This document shows, one piece after another, positions 35,163 to 43,017 of a DNA stretch of 64,000 bases (position 1 is the stretch's first letter; every line of letters starts with the position of its first letter). The position numbers were made by a program, and so were the translations under genes. The notes under the pieces were generated by a model. The model was not told where the DNA came from and ran no database searches. It worked only from the letters and a program-made list of their open reading frames with translations. Source of the DNA: Elusimicrobiota bacterium (GTDB lineage: Bacteria; Elusimicrobiota; Elusimicrobia; UBA1565; UBA9628); contig JACRDQ010000038.1 of the NCBI GenBank assembly GCA_016218545.1, forward strand, positions 66,986 to 130,985. The letters are read 5' to 3'.

Positions 35163-36137
35163 ATGGGCGTGGACCTTAGATTCGTGGCGACGGGGGCCAA
35201 GAGGGTCGTGGACTCGCGGCCTTTCTACGTGCAGATGATGGTGACGGACGACTGCAACCTCCGCTGCGCTTATTGCGACGAATACAACGCCGGCTCCCCG
35301 CTGCCTCCCCTCTCCGAGCTCATGGCGCGCGTCGACAAGCTCGACGCTCTGGGCGCGCTGGTCTACGACCTGCTCGGGGGCGAGCCCCTCCTGCACCCCG
35401 GCGTCGCCGAGCTCGTGGGCCGCGTCAAGTCCAAGCGGGGCGGTTCCAACCTCTGCACCATCATCACCAACGGGTTCCTCCTGACGCGCGACAACATCCG
35501 CGCCCTCAACGACGCTGGCCTGGATTTCATGCAGGTCTCGGTGGACTCGGTCGCGCCCACCGCGGCGTCGCAGAAATCCCTCAAGACCGTCATGCCGCGC
35601 CTGCGCCTGCTGGCGGAGGAGGCGAAGTTCACGGTGGAGGTCCAGACCGTGCTCTGCGAGTCCACCGCGGACTCCTACGACGAGTTCCGCTCCCTGATGA
35701 AGGACCTCCCCTTCTCCTTCGGGTTCTCGGTCCAGCACGGCCCCGGGGGCCGCATCGCCATCCAGGGGAAGAAGTACCTCGACCTCCTCGGGCGCTACGG
35801 CGTCTTCGAAGGCGTCAACTTCTACGGCAGGCACATCGAAGAGATGCTCCAGGGGGACTTCTCCCGGCCCTGGAAGTGCCTGGCCGGGTTCAAGTTCCTC
35901 TACGTGAACGCCGCGGGCGAGGTCCAGTGGTGCGGCCAGCAGCGGGCCGAGAAGCGGCCCTTGGCCGCGCTGGCCCCCGCGGACCTCAGGACCAACGACC
36001 GGCACAAGCCTTGCGAGCCCGGCTGCTCGCTCGGCTGCGTGCGCCTGGTCTCCCACACCCTGGGCCAGCCCGTGAAGACCTTCGGCGCGAGCGTGCGCCT
36101 CCTGCTGGCCGCGGTCCTGCCGAAGAAGAAGGAGTAG
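35163..36137 (+). CDS. Radical SAM enzyme with a C-terminal Cys-rich (SPASM/twitch-like) region; possible peptide or protein maturase
   Basis: The CxxxCxxC cluster is TDDCNLRCAYCDE, located about 30 residues from the N-terminus. The glycine-rich SAM motif is LLGGEPLL. Further Cys residues sit in the C-terminal third (WKCLAGF..., VQWCGQQ, KPCEPGCSLGC). The upstream 170 codons of the track ORF are rejected. Confidence 0.7.
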   Translation: MGVDLRFVATGAKRVVDSRPFYVQMMVTDDCNLRCAYCDEYNAGSPLPPLSELMARVDKLDALGALVYDLLGGEPLLHPGVAELVGRVKSKRGGSNLCTIITNGFLLTRDNIRALNDAGLDFMQVSVDSVAPTAASQKSLKTVMPRLRLLAEEAKFTVEVQTVLCESTADSYDEFRSLMKDLPFSFGFSVQHGPGGRIAIQGKKYLDLLGRYGVFEGVNFYGRHIEEMLQGDFSRPWKCLAGFKFLYVNAAGEVQWCGQQRAEKRPLAALAPADLRTNDRHKPCEPGCSLGCVRLVSHTLGQPVKTFGASVRLLLAAVLPKKKE

Positions 36138-36250
36138 TCTCCGGGGCGGCGGTCCCGGCCCGCGGAAGAATCCTCGTCCATCCGGGCGCGTTCTGTGGTA
36201 TGATAGACCTAGTCGCAGACTAGGCCCAAAGGCCCAGGAGGTACCCCTCG

Positions 36251-37159
36251 ATGAGAAGAGCCGCACTCGTCATCCCGGCCGCAGTCATGGCGTTCGCCCT
36301 GCTGGCGGCCACGGTCCGCGCCGAAGCCCCTGCGTTGGATTTCGACCAGGGCGTCAACGCCTCGGACGTCCTGAAGGCGGCCAAGGCGGCGGCGGCTGAC
36401 TCGAAGGTCGGCAAGGACGTGGTCGTCCGGCCGCTCTACCGCCGCTACGACCGCGACTGCGTCAACTTCACGATCGGCGCCGACGACGCGCCTCAGACCG
36501 AGGCCGTGTGGCTGCGCAGCACCGAGTGGGTGCAGGAGTGCCACCCGACGGGTCCCAACGGCGCTCAGACCTGCTATGACCGGCCGGGCTATACCTACAG
36601 GGAGCGCGCCTCCGTGGCCATCCGCGACCGCGGCCGGCTCTTCCCGTGGGAGTACGACAGCTTCGACGTCTGCCTCGAGGGCCCGTGGCTCAACATCTGG
36701 TCCCGCGAGACCGCCTACGAGTACAAGACCGTGCGGGGCGGGACGTACAACGGCGGCTTCGTGCTCTCCCCGGTCAAGAAGCTCCGCATGAAGCCCGACC
36801 CCGCCGGCATCCGCGTCCAGGCTCTGAGCCCGCAGCTGGCCGCGCTCTTCCGCGACAAGTGGGCCTCCTACTACGCGGGCGAGACCGTCGTGCTCTCGCT
36901 CAAGCTGCGCAAGTCCGTGCCGGGCTGGTTCGACGCGACTTTGCTCGAGCGTGAGCTCTCGTTCGCCGCCGCCGAGACCTACGGGGTGGACTTCATGGCC
37001 TTCGCCGGCGAGTTCTCGCAGAAGCTCGAGGCGGGCAAGCCCTACTACGTCGAGTACTCCTTCAAGAGGCTCAGCAAGATCTCGACGGACAAGCTCCAGA
37101 AGGCGGGGGAGTCCGACAAGGTCGTCTATCAGCCGGCCGCCGCGGCCCTGGGCCGTTAG
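36251..37159 (+). CDS. Secreted hypothetical protein, 302 aa, with 4 Cys
   Basis: The signal peptide is MRRAALVIPAAVMAFALLAATVRAEA. There is no homology recognisable by eye. Confidence 0.4.
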   Translation: MRRAALVIPAAVMAFALLAATVRAEAPALDFDQGVNASDVLKAAKAAAADSKVGKDVVVRPLYRRYDRDCVNFTIGADDAPQTEAVWLRSTEWVQECHPTGPNGAQTCYDRPGYTYRERASVAIRDRGRLFPWEYDSFDVCLEGPWLNIWSRETAYEYKTVRGGTYNGGFVLSPVKKLRMKPDPAGIRVQALSPQLAALFRDKWASYYAGETVVLSLKLRKSVPGWFDATLLERELSFAAAETYGVDFMAFAGEFSQKLEAGKPYYVEYSFKRLSKISTDKLQKAGESDKVVYQPAAAALGR

Positions 37160-37229
37160 CTCCGGCGGGAAGGCCGCAAAACGAAAGGCCCCTCCGGGCC
37201 GAGCCCGGAGGGGCCTTCCCGTCCCCGCC

Positions 37230-37553
37230 TCAGAGCAGGGGCGCGAAGAAGGTCCCGAGCCGGATGCTGATGATCTTGGTCTTCTCTCCGAGGTCCCTGC
37301 AGTAGGCGATGCTCACCAGGTCCGCCATGGGGGGCAGTCCGCCCGTGAGCCCGGCCTCGTATTGCCTGACCGCGATCAGGTAGCGCCGCGTGGCCACGCA
37401 CTCGTTCCAGAGCCCGCCGCCCCTGACCTTGGCCACGCAGAAGGAAAGCTCTTCCTTAGGTAGGTCCTTGGCCGGGTCGAGGGACGAGGCGGCCAGGGCC
37501 GCGGCCGGCAGGAGCAAGGCTGAGACCAGGAAGATCGAGAGGAATCGGTTCAT
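37230..37553 (-). CDS. Small secreted 3-Cys protein (about 107 aa). Paralog of the 40168-40452 gene. Divergently paired with TPR-STK #1.
   Basis: Start at internal Met MNRFLSIFLVSALLLPAAALA (signal peptide), preceded by a GGAGGTG RBS. The shared pattern with the paralog is F-C-x-x-K-V...GG...E-C...(about 22)...C. Confidence 0.5.
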   Translation of the reverse strand: MNRFLSIFLVSALLLPAAALAASSLDPAKDLPKEELSFCVAKVRGGGLWNECVATRRYLIAVRQYEAGLTGGLPPMADLVSIAYCRDLGEKTKIISIRLGTFFAPLL

Positions 37554-37576
37554 GATGCCACCTCCGTCGTTCCACA

Positions 37577-37624
37577 CCAGTATAACAGGGGTTTCTTGAC
37601 TTTTCAAGGGTGAGGGGATACACT
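37577..37624. promoter_or_regulatory. Back-to-back promoter module, copy 1. On the minus strand it gives an extended -10 TGTTATACT for the small gene. On the plus strand it gives TTGACT-N17-TACACT for TPR-STK #1.
   Basis: CCAGTATAACAGG at 37577-37589. TTGACT at 37596-37601 and TACACT at 37619-37624, with an exact 17-nt spacer. ATG at 37641. Near-identical modules occur at 40491-40539 and 42940-42968. Confidence 0.6.
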
Positions 37625-37640
37625 TCTCGTAGAGGCCCCT

Positions 37641-40100
37641 ATGACCACCCCGCTGCCGCTCGTCCTCGCCGCTCTCATCGGACTCTCCGGCCCGTGCGCG
37701 GCGCAGGGCGGGTCTTCTCCGGGTCCGGGCGACATCCCCGAGGACGTCCTGGAGTTGGTCGGCGGAGACGTCCCGGCGGAGACCACGGTCGAGCTCCCGG
37801 AGGAGGCCAAGGACCTCCCTCCTGAGCAGGACGTGACCTTCGATCCGAAGGAGAGGGAATCCTGGCAGGGCTGGGTGGCCTTCGAGACCTCGGCCAAGGA
37901 GAAGCTCAAGCGCCTGGAGTCTTTGAGCGACGAAGAGCTCTCCGGCCTGGAAGCCGAGATCATCAGGTTCACGGGCCAGGGCGTCAAGGACAAGGTCCTT
38001 TCCGGAGCGATCAACAAGCTCAACGAGCGCATCATCCAGCTGAGGAACACGCGGGCGCAGGAGGTCGCCGCCAAGCCGCCGACGACCCAGGCGGAGGCGG
38101 AGCAGCGCAACCGGCTGGACCGCGTCAGCGGGATGTTCGGCGAGATGTACAAGGGCATGGCCGTCCAGGAGATGAGGACGGACCCCCAGAGCCCTGAAGG
38201 CTTCTCCAGGTACGGTTTTGCGCTCGTCATGGAGGGGAAATACCGGCAGGCCGCGCCGGTGCTCGAGCGCGCCGTGCGGCTGGGGGCCAAGGACAGCCGG
38301 ACCTTCTCATCCTACGGCACCGCGGCCTTCCACCTCGGCGACTTCGCCCTGGCGCGCAGCGCAGCCGGCCGCGCGTTGAAGATCGACCCGCAGAACGACG
38401 CGGCCTTCGCGGTGATGCGGCTCTCCGAGGGCAAGAACCCGGCGGTGACCCTGCCCTCGGTCCTGACCGGAGGAGGGAGCGGGGAGGGGGTCTTCTCCGC
38501 GGCCGCCGGGAACGAGGCCGTGTCCGGAGCTCCTTCGGTGCAGGCCGGGGCTCAGCCGGCAGCGGCCGGCCGGGCTCCCATGGTCCTGAGGTCCCCGGAA
38601 GCGGGAAAGTCCTCCGCGTTCGCCAAGGAGGCTGCCGCGGCCCTGGCGGTCAAGGATTATCTCAGGGCCATCGAATCCGCGACCAGGGCCATCGAGGCCA
38701 ACGACGGCAATGCCCAGGCATGGAACTACCGCGCCATCGCGAACAGCAAGCTCGGCCGCTACGATGCCGCGGTCAGGGACGCGAGCCACGCCCTGGCCCT
38801 GGCGCCCAAGAATCCCGCGGCTCTCCACACCCGGTCCTGGGCCTTGAACAAGCTGGGCCGCTTCCAGGAGGGGCTGACGGACGCCGATGAGGTCCTGGCG
38901 CGGGAGCCGGACAACGCCTTCGCCCTGCAGAACCGCGCCTTCTCCCTGGCCGGGCTCGGGGACCGCAGGGGCATGCTCGCCGCGCTCAAGCGCGCGGCCG
39001 AGATCGAAAAGCGCTTCCAGGCCCGCTACGAGAAGGCCGTCCAGGTCCCCGAGAACGCGGACGTGCTCTTCCTCTTCGACCAGGACCCCGGGCTCAAGCC
39101 CGGGACCGCCCCTGAGGCCGAGGCCGGAGCCAAGGCCGGGCGGGGCCTCCTCATCCCGATCCTGGCCGGGGCCGGATTCCTGGCCGCCCTGGCCGCGGCG
39201 CTCTCCCTGGCCCGGTGGTGGAAGACCTCCTCTTCGGGCCTCGGCGCGTCCGGGAACGGCGGGGGCGCGGTCCTGCGGGCCAGGGGCGAGGCCGGTGCGT
39301 TCTGGAAGAAATACAAGCTGGTGCGCGAGGTCGGCAACGGCGGCATGGGCGTGGTCTACGAGGCCGAGGACACCTCCCTGGGACGGCGCGTGGCGATCAA
39401 GAAGATGCGCGACGAGATCCGGCTCGACCGCAAGGAGCGCGAGCGCTTCCTCCAGGAGGCCCGGACCGTGGCCTCGCTCCGGCACCCGAACATCGTGGAG
39501 ATCTACTCCATCGTCGAGGACGCAGGAGAGGTCTACCTCGTCTTCGAGTTTGCGGAAGGCAAGACCCTCCACGAGGTCCTCTCCGACGGCGCTCCGCTCC
39601 CCTTCGACGCGGCCCTGCGCGTGCTCAAGGACGCGTGCGAGGCCGTGGACTGCGCCCATCGCGCCAGGATCGTTCACCGGGACATCAAGCCCTCGAACAT
39701 CATGGTCACGGACAGCGGGCCGGCCAAGGTCATGGATTTCGGGGTGGCGCGGCAGGCCAAGGACGCGGCCACCAGGAGCACCGCGACCTCGGTGGCGGGC
39801 ACGCCTCCGTACATGGCTCCCGAGTCCGAGCAGGGCACGGTCGGGCCCCGGGGGGACGTCTACGGCCTGGCCGTGGTGTTCTACGAGATGCTGACCGGAA
39901 AGCTGCCTTTCGCCGGGACCGGGGCCGGCATGCTGCTCAACAAGATGAACCGCAAGTTCGACGCGCTCTCCCAGGCTGCGCCGGGCCTGCCCGCGGGCAT
40001 CGACGCGGTGATGTCGCGGGCCCTGGCTCCGGAGCCTGGCGAGAGGTTCAAGACCGCGGGAGAGTTCCTCGCCGCGGTCCAAGGGCTCAAGGCGTCCTGA
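37641..40100 (+). CDS. Receptor-type Ser/Thr protein kinase #1: signal peptide, extracytoplasmic TPR domain, TM helix, cytoplasmic Hanks-type kinase domain
   Basis: TPR repeats are present (AWNYRAIANSKLGRYDAAVRDASHALALAP...). The TM helix is LLIPILAGAGFLAALAAALSLA. Kinase motifs: VGNGGMGVVYEA, AIKKM, HRDIKPSN, DFGVAR, PPYMAPE. Confidence 0.85.
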   Translation: MTTPLPLVLAALIGLSGPCAAQGGSSPGPGDIPEDVLELVGGDVPAETTVELPEEAKDLPPEQDVTFDPKERESWQGWVAFETSAKEKLKRLESLSDEELSGLEAEIIRFTGQGVKDKVLSGAINKLNERIIQLRNTRAQEVAAKPPTTQAEAEQRNRLDRVSGMFGEMYKGMAVQEMRTDPQSPEGFSRYGFALVMEGKYRQAAPVLERAVRLGAKDSRTFSSYGTAAFHLGDFALARSAAGRALKIDPQNDAAFAVMRLSEGKNPAVTLPSVLTGGGSGEGVFSAAAGNEAVSGAPSVQAGAQPAAAGRAPMVLRSPEAGKSSAFAKEAAAALAVKDYLRAIESATRAIEANDGNAQAWNYRAIANSKLGRYDAAVRDASHALALAPKNPAALHTRSWALNKLGRFQEGLTDADEVLAREPDNAFALQNRAFSLAGLGDRRGMLAALKRAAEIEKRFQARYEKAVQVPENADVLFLFDQDPGLKPGTAPEAEAGAKAGRGLLIPILAGAGFLAALAAALSLARWWKTSSSGLGASGNGGGAVLRARGEAGAFWKKYKLVREVGNGGMGVVYEAEDTSLGRRVAIKKMRDEIRLDRKERERFLQEARTVASLRHPNIVEIYSIVEDAGEVYLVFEFAEGKTLHEVLSDGAPLPFDAALRVLKDACEAVDCAHRARIVHRDIKPSNIMVTDSGPAKVMDFGVARQAKDAATRSTATSVAGTPPYMAPESEQGTVGPRGDVYGLAVVFYEMLTGKLPFAGTGAGMLLNKMNRKFDALSQAAPGLPAGIDAVMSRALAPEPGERFKTAGEFLAAVQGLKAS

Positions 40101-40167
40101 CCGGGCTCGAGACAAAGAGGAAGCCCCCGGCGCGAGCCGGGGGCTTCCTCTTCGGCGCGGACCCGGG

Positions 40168-40452
40168 CTAGTTCTTCAGCACGATCTTCATCAAGGCTTG
40201 GCGGGCCTTGCCCGACTCAGCCTCGTTCTGGCAGAAGTCCCACCTGAAACCCTTGGGGAGGTTGCCTTGGTCGAGCAGGAAGCGCTCCGTGTCCATGCAT
40301 GCCTCGATGAGCGTCTGCTTCTTCGCGGCGTCTCCTCCGGCGAGGCGCTCTGCGACCTTGGGACAGAAGGTGTTTCCCGGCTCCCTTTGGCCCTGGGCGT
40401 AGACGATGCCGACGGTCACGGTCGTCAAAATGAGCGCGATGAGTTTTCTCAT
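40168..40452 (-). CDS. Small secreted 3-Cys protein (94 aa). Paralog of 37230-37553. Divergently paired with TPR-STK #2.
   Basis: The signal peptide is MRKLIALILTTVTVGIVYAQG. Cys residues are at FCPKV, EACMD and DFCQN. GGAGAGGAGGG RBS. Confidence 0.5.
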   Translation of the reverse strand: MRKLIALILTTVTVGIVYAQGQREPGNTFCPKVAERLAGGDAAKKQTLIEACMDTERFLLDQGNLPKGFRWDFCQNEAESGKARQALMKIVLKN

Positions 40453-40490
40453 AATCCCTCCTCTCCCAAGCAGGGAGTCAGCATTTCAAT

Positions 40491-40539
40491 CCCAGTATAA
40501 CAGGACCTCCTTGACAAATCAAGGGGGGGGCTGTACACT
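40491..40539. promoter_or_regulatory. Back-to-back promoter module, copy 2 (CCCAGTATAACAGG; TTGACA-N17-TACACT)
   Basis: TTGACA at 40511-40516 and TACACT at 40534-40539. ATG at 40555. The same architecture as copy 1. Confidence 0.6.
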
Positions 40540-40554
40540 AGGGATGGAGCGACC

Positions 40555-42906
40555 ATGAACCGCCTGAAGGCCTCGGCGCTTGCGCTGGCCTTGACCTCCT
40601 CTCTCTGGCTTCCCTCGGTCGTCCTCGTCGCCGAGGAGGACGCCGCGGGCGAGGATGAAGGCGACGTGGTGCGCGCGGTCCGCATCCGCGAGCTCATCTG
40701 GGGCGAGGTGCAGATCGAGGGCGACGTGACGCAGTACGTCACCCAGCTGCGCACGGAAATCAAGAGTTTGGAGGACAAGCAGCTCCGCGAGGACCTCCTG
40801 GTCGAGCTCGGCAAGAAGTTCGGCATGCCCGGCGACACCAGCCCCAGGCCCGAGGGAGGGGGGCCCAAGCCGGGCGAGTCAGGGTTCTCCGAGACCGTGG
40901 TGCTGGGGCTCAGGCGGAACATGCTGCCCGAATGGCGGCAGAACTCGCCCAACAACCCGGTGGCCTGGGCGGAGAACGGCTACCTCGACTGCTCGCTCCA
41001 GAACTACCGGGCCTGCCTGGCGAACCTCGGCCGGGCCATCGACCTCGGCATCAAGGACCCCAAGGCCTACGCGACCTACGGGAGCGCGGCCCACAATCTC
41101 GGCGACTACAAACTCGCCTTGAAGGCGGCCTCCGCGGCCTTGAAGCTCGACCCCGGGCACGAGGGCGCGCACGCGGTCTACAAACTCTCCGAGGGCAGGG
41201 TCTCCACGGTCGAGCTCCCGTCCTCCCTGCACGGCGACATCTTCGGAGGAGCTCCGGCCCTCCCGGCCGAGCCGGCCGCGGTGGACGCGCCTCCGCCGGC
41301 GCAGGCCGCGGGGGCCGTGGTGCCCGGGCGCGAGGCGGGCCCGGCTCCGGTCGTGCCCCAGGAGACCCAGCGCCGCATGACCGCGGCCGAGGTCGAGCGC
41401 TCCGCGGTCTTCACCCGCCAGGCCGCGGCGTCGCTGGCCGTGCGCGACTACGTGCAGGCCCACGAGGCGGCCAGCCGCGCCATCCAGATCAACCTTCGCA
41501 ACGCGCAGGCCTGGAACTACCGAGCCATCGCGAACAACAAGCTGGACCGCTACCAGGACGCGGTCTACGACGCGAGCTTCGCCTTGAACCTCGCTCCCGG
41601 GAACGCGGCGGCGCTCCAGAGCCGTTCGTGGGCCCACAACAAGTCCGGCAAATACCAGGAGGCGCTGGCGGACGCCAACTTCACCCTGGAGCGCGAGCCC
41701 GGCAACGCCTTCGCCTTCCAGAACCGGGCCTTCGCTCAGGCCGGGCTCAAGGACCGCGTGGGCATGCTGGAGTCCCTCAAGCGCTCCGCCGAGCTCGACC
41801 CCAGGTTCAAGCAGCGCTACGACGCGGCGCTCCAGGCGCCCGCGAGCGGCGACATCCTCTACCTCTTCGACGAGGAGTCCTCGGCCGGCAAGGCGGCTCC
41901 TCCGGCCTCGCCCGAGCGCATGCGCAAGCGCTTCCTCACCCTCTCGGCCGCGGTCGTCTCAGGGGGCCTGCTCATGGCCTTGGGCCTGCTGCACATCGTG
42001 TCCTCCGCCTGGAGGGAGAAGGTCCGCTCCACGGTCCGCCGGGTGCTCGGCGTGCCCACGCCCTCCTCCGGCCCCTCGGACCCGGCGACCGGGTCTCCTG
42101 CGAGCGGGGGCTTCTGGGGGCAGTACCGCCTCATCCGGGAGGTGGGCTTGGGAGGCATGGGCGTGGTCTACGAGGCGGTGGACACCGCACTCGACCGCCG
42201 GGTGGCCATCAAGAAGATGCGCGACGAGATCCGTCTCGACCGCAGGGAGCGCGAGCGCTTCCTCCAGGAGGCGCGGACCGTGGCCTCGCTCAAGCACCCC
42301 AACATCGTGGAGATCTTCTCGATCGTGGAGGACGGCGGGGACGTCTACCTCGTCTTCGAGTTCGCGGACGGCCGCACGCTATCAGCCCTGCTCGAGGAGG
42401 CCGGGAAGCTCCCCTTCGAGAAGGCCAAGGCCGTGCTCAAGGACGCGTGCGAGGCCGTGGACTGCGCCCACCGGCACAAGGTCGTGCACCGGGACATCAA
42501 GCCCTCGAACATCATGGTGACCGAGAGCGGAGCCGTGAAGGTCATGGACTTCGGTGTGGCGCGGCAGGCCAAGGAAGCGGCCACCAAGGTGATGACGAAC
42601 ACCGTGGCGGGCACCCCGCCTTACATGGCGCCTGAGGCGGAGCAGGGGACGGTCGGGCCCCAGTCGGACGTCTACGGGCTCGGGGTCGTGTTCTATGAGC
42701 TCCTCAGCGGGGAACTCCCGTTCGCAGGGCACGGGGCGGGCATGCTCCTCAACAAGCTCAACGGCAAGTTCATTCCCCTGTCCCAGGCGGCGTCCGGCCT
42801 GCCGACAGGCATCGACGCTGTGATGGCCCGGGTCCTGTCTCCGGACCCTGCCAAGCGCTATAAGAGCCCTACGGAGTTCTTCCAAGCTGTCCAAGGCCTT
42901 TCCTGA
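40555..42906 (+). CDS. Receptor-type TPR Ser/Thr protein kinase #2
   Basis: Same architecture as #1. The kinase domain is about 85% identical by eye (IKKMRDEIRLDRRERERFLQEARTVASLKHPNIVEIFSIVEDGGDVYLVFEFADG...). Confidence 0.85.
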   Translation: MNRLKASALALALTSSLWLPSVVLVAEEDAAGEDEGDVVRAVRIRELIWGEVQIEGDVTQYVTQLRTEIKSLEDKQLREDLLVELGKKFGMPGDTSPRPEGGGPKPGESGFSETVVLGLRRNMLPEWRQNSPNNPVAWAENGYLDCSLQNYRACLANLGRAIDLGIKDPKAYATYGSAAHNLGDYKLALKAASAALKLDPGHEGAHAVYKLSEGRVSTVELPSSLHGDIFGGAPALPAEPAAVDAPPPAQAAGAVVPGREAGPAPVVPQETQRRMTAAEVERSAVFTRQAAASLAVRDYVQAHEAASRAIQINLRNAQAWNYRAIANNKLDRYQDAVYDASFALNLAPGNAAALQSRSWAHNKSGKYQEALADANFTLEREPGNAFAFQNRAFAQAGLKDRVGMLESLKRSAELDPRFKQRYDAALQAPASGDILYLFDEESSAGKAAPPASPERMRKRFLTLSAAVVSGGLLMALGLLHIVSSAWREKVRSTVRRVLGVPTPSSGPSDPATGSPASGGFWGQYRLIREVGLGGMGVVYEAVDTALDRRVAIKKMRDEIRLDRRERERFLQEARTVASLKHPNIVEIFSIVEDGGDVYLVFEFADGRTLSALLEEAGKLPFEKAKAVLKDACEAVDCAHRHKVVHRDIKPSNIMVTESGAVKVMDFGVARQAKEAATKVMTNTVAGTPPYMAPEAEQGTVGPQSDVYGLGVVFYELLSGELPFAGHGAGMLLNKLNGKFIPLSQAASGLPTGIDAVMARVLSPDPAKRYKSPTEFFQAVQGLS

Positions 42907-42939
42907 ACCCTAATTTTCGGTAAAGAATGTTGTTCCAGC

Positions 42940-42968
42940 TTGACAAACCAGCCACCTCCCTATACACT
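42940..42968 (+). promoter_or_regulatory. Promoter copy 3, TTGACA-N17-TACACT, upstream of TPR-STK #3
   Basis: TTGACA at 42940-42945 and TACACT at 42963-42968. ATG at 43018. There is no divergent small gene here. Confidence 0.55.
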
Positions 42969-43017
42969 TATCACAGGGCGTGACCCGAGTTTTTGCCGGG
43001 TAGGAAGAGGAACTGCC

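Noticed and set aside
42940-43017. TTG-initiated 5' extension of kinase #3 (MTNQPPPYTL...)
   Set aside because: This stretch is the conserved TTGACA-N17-TACACT promoter itself. The ATG at 43018 gives a canonical signal peptide.
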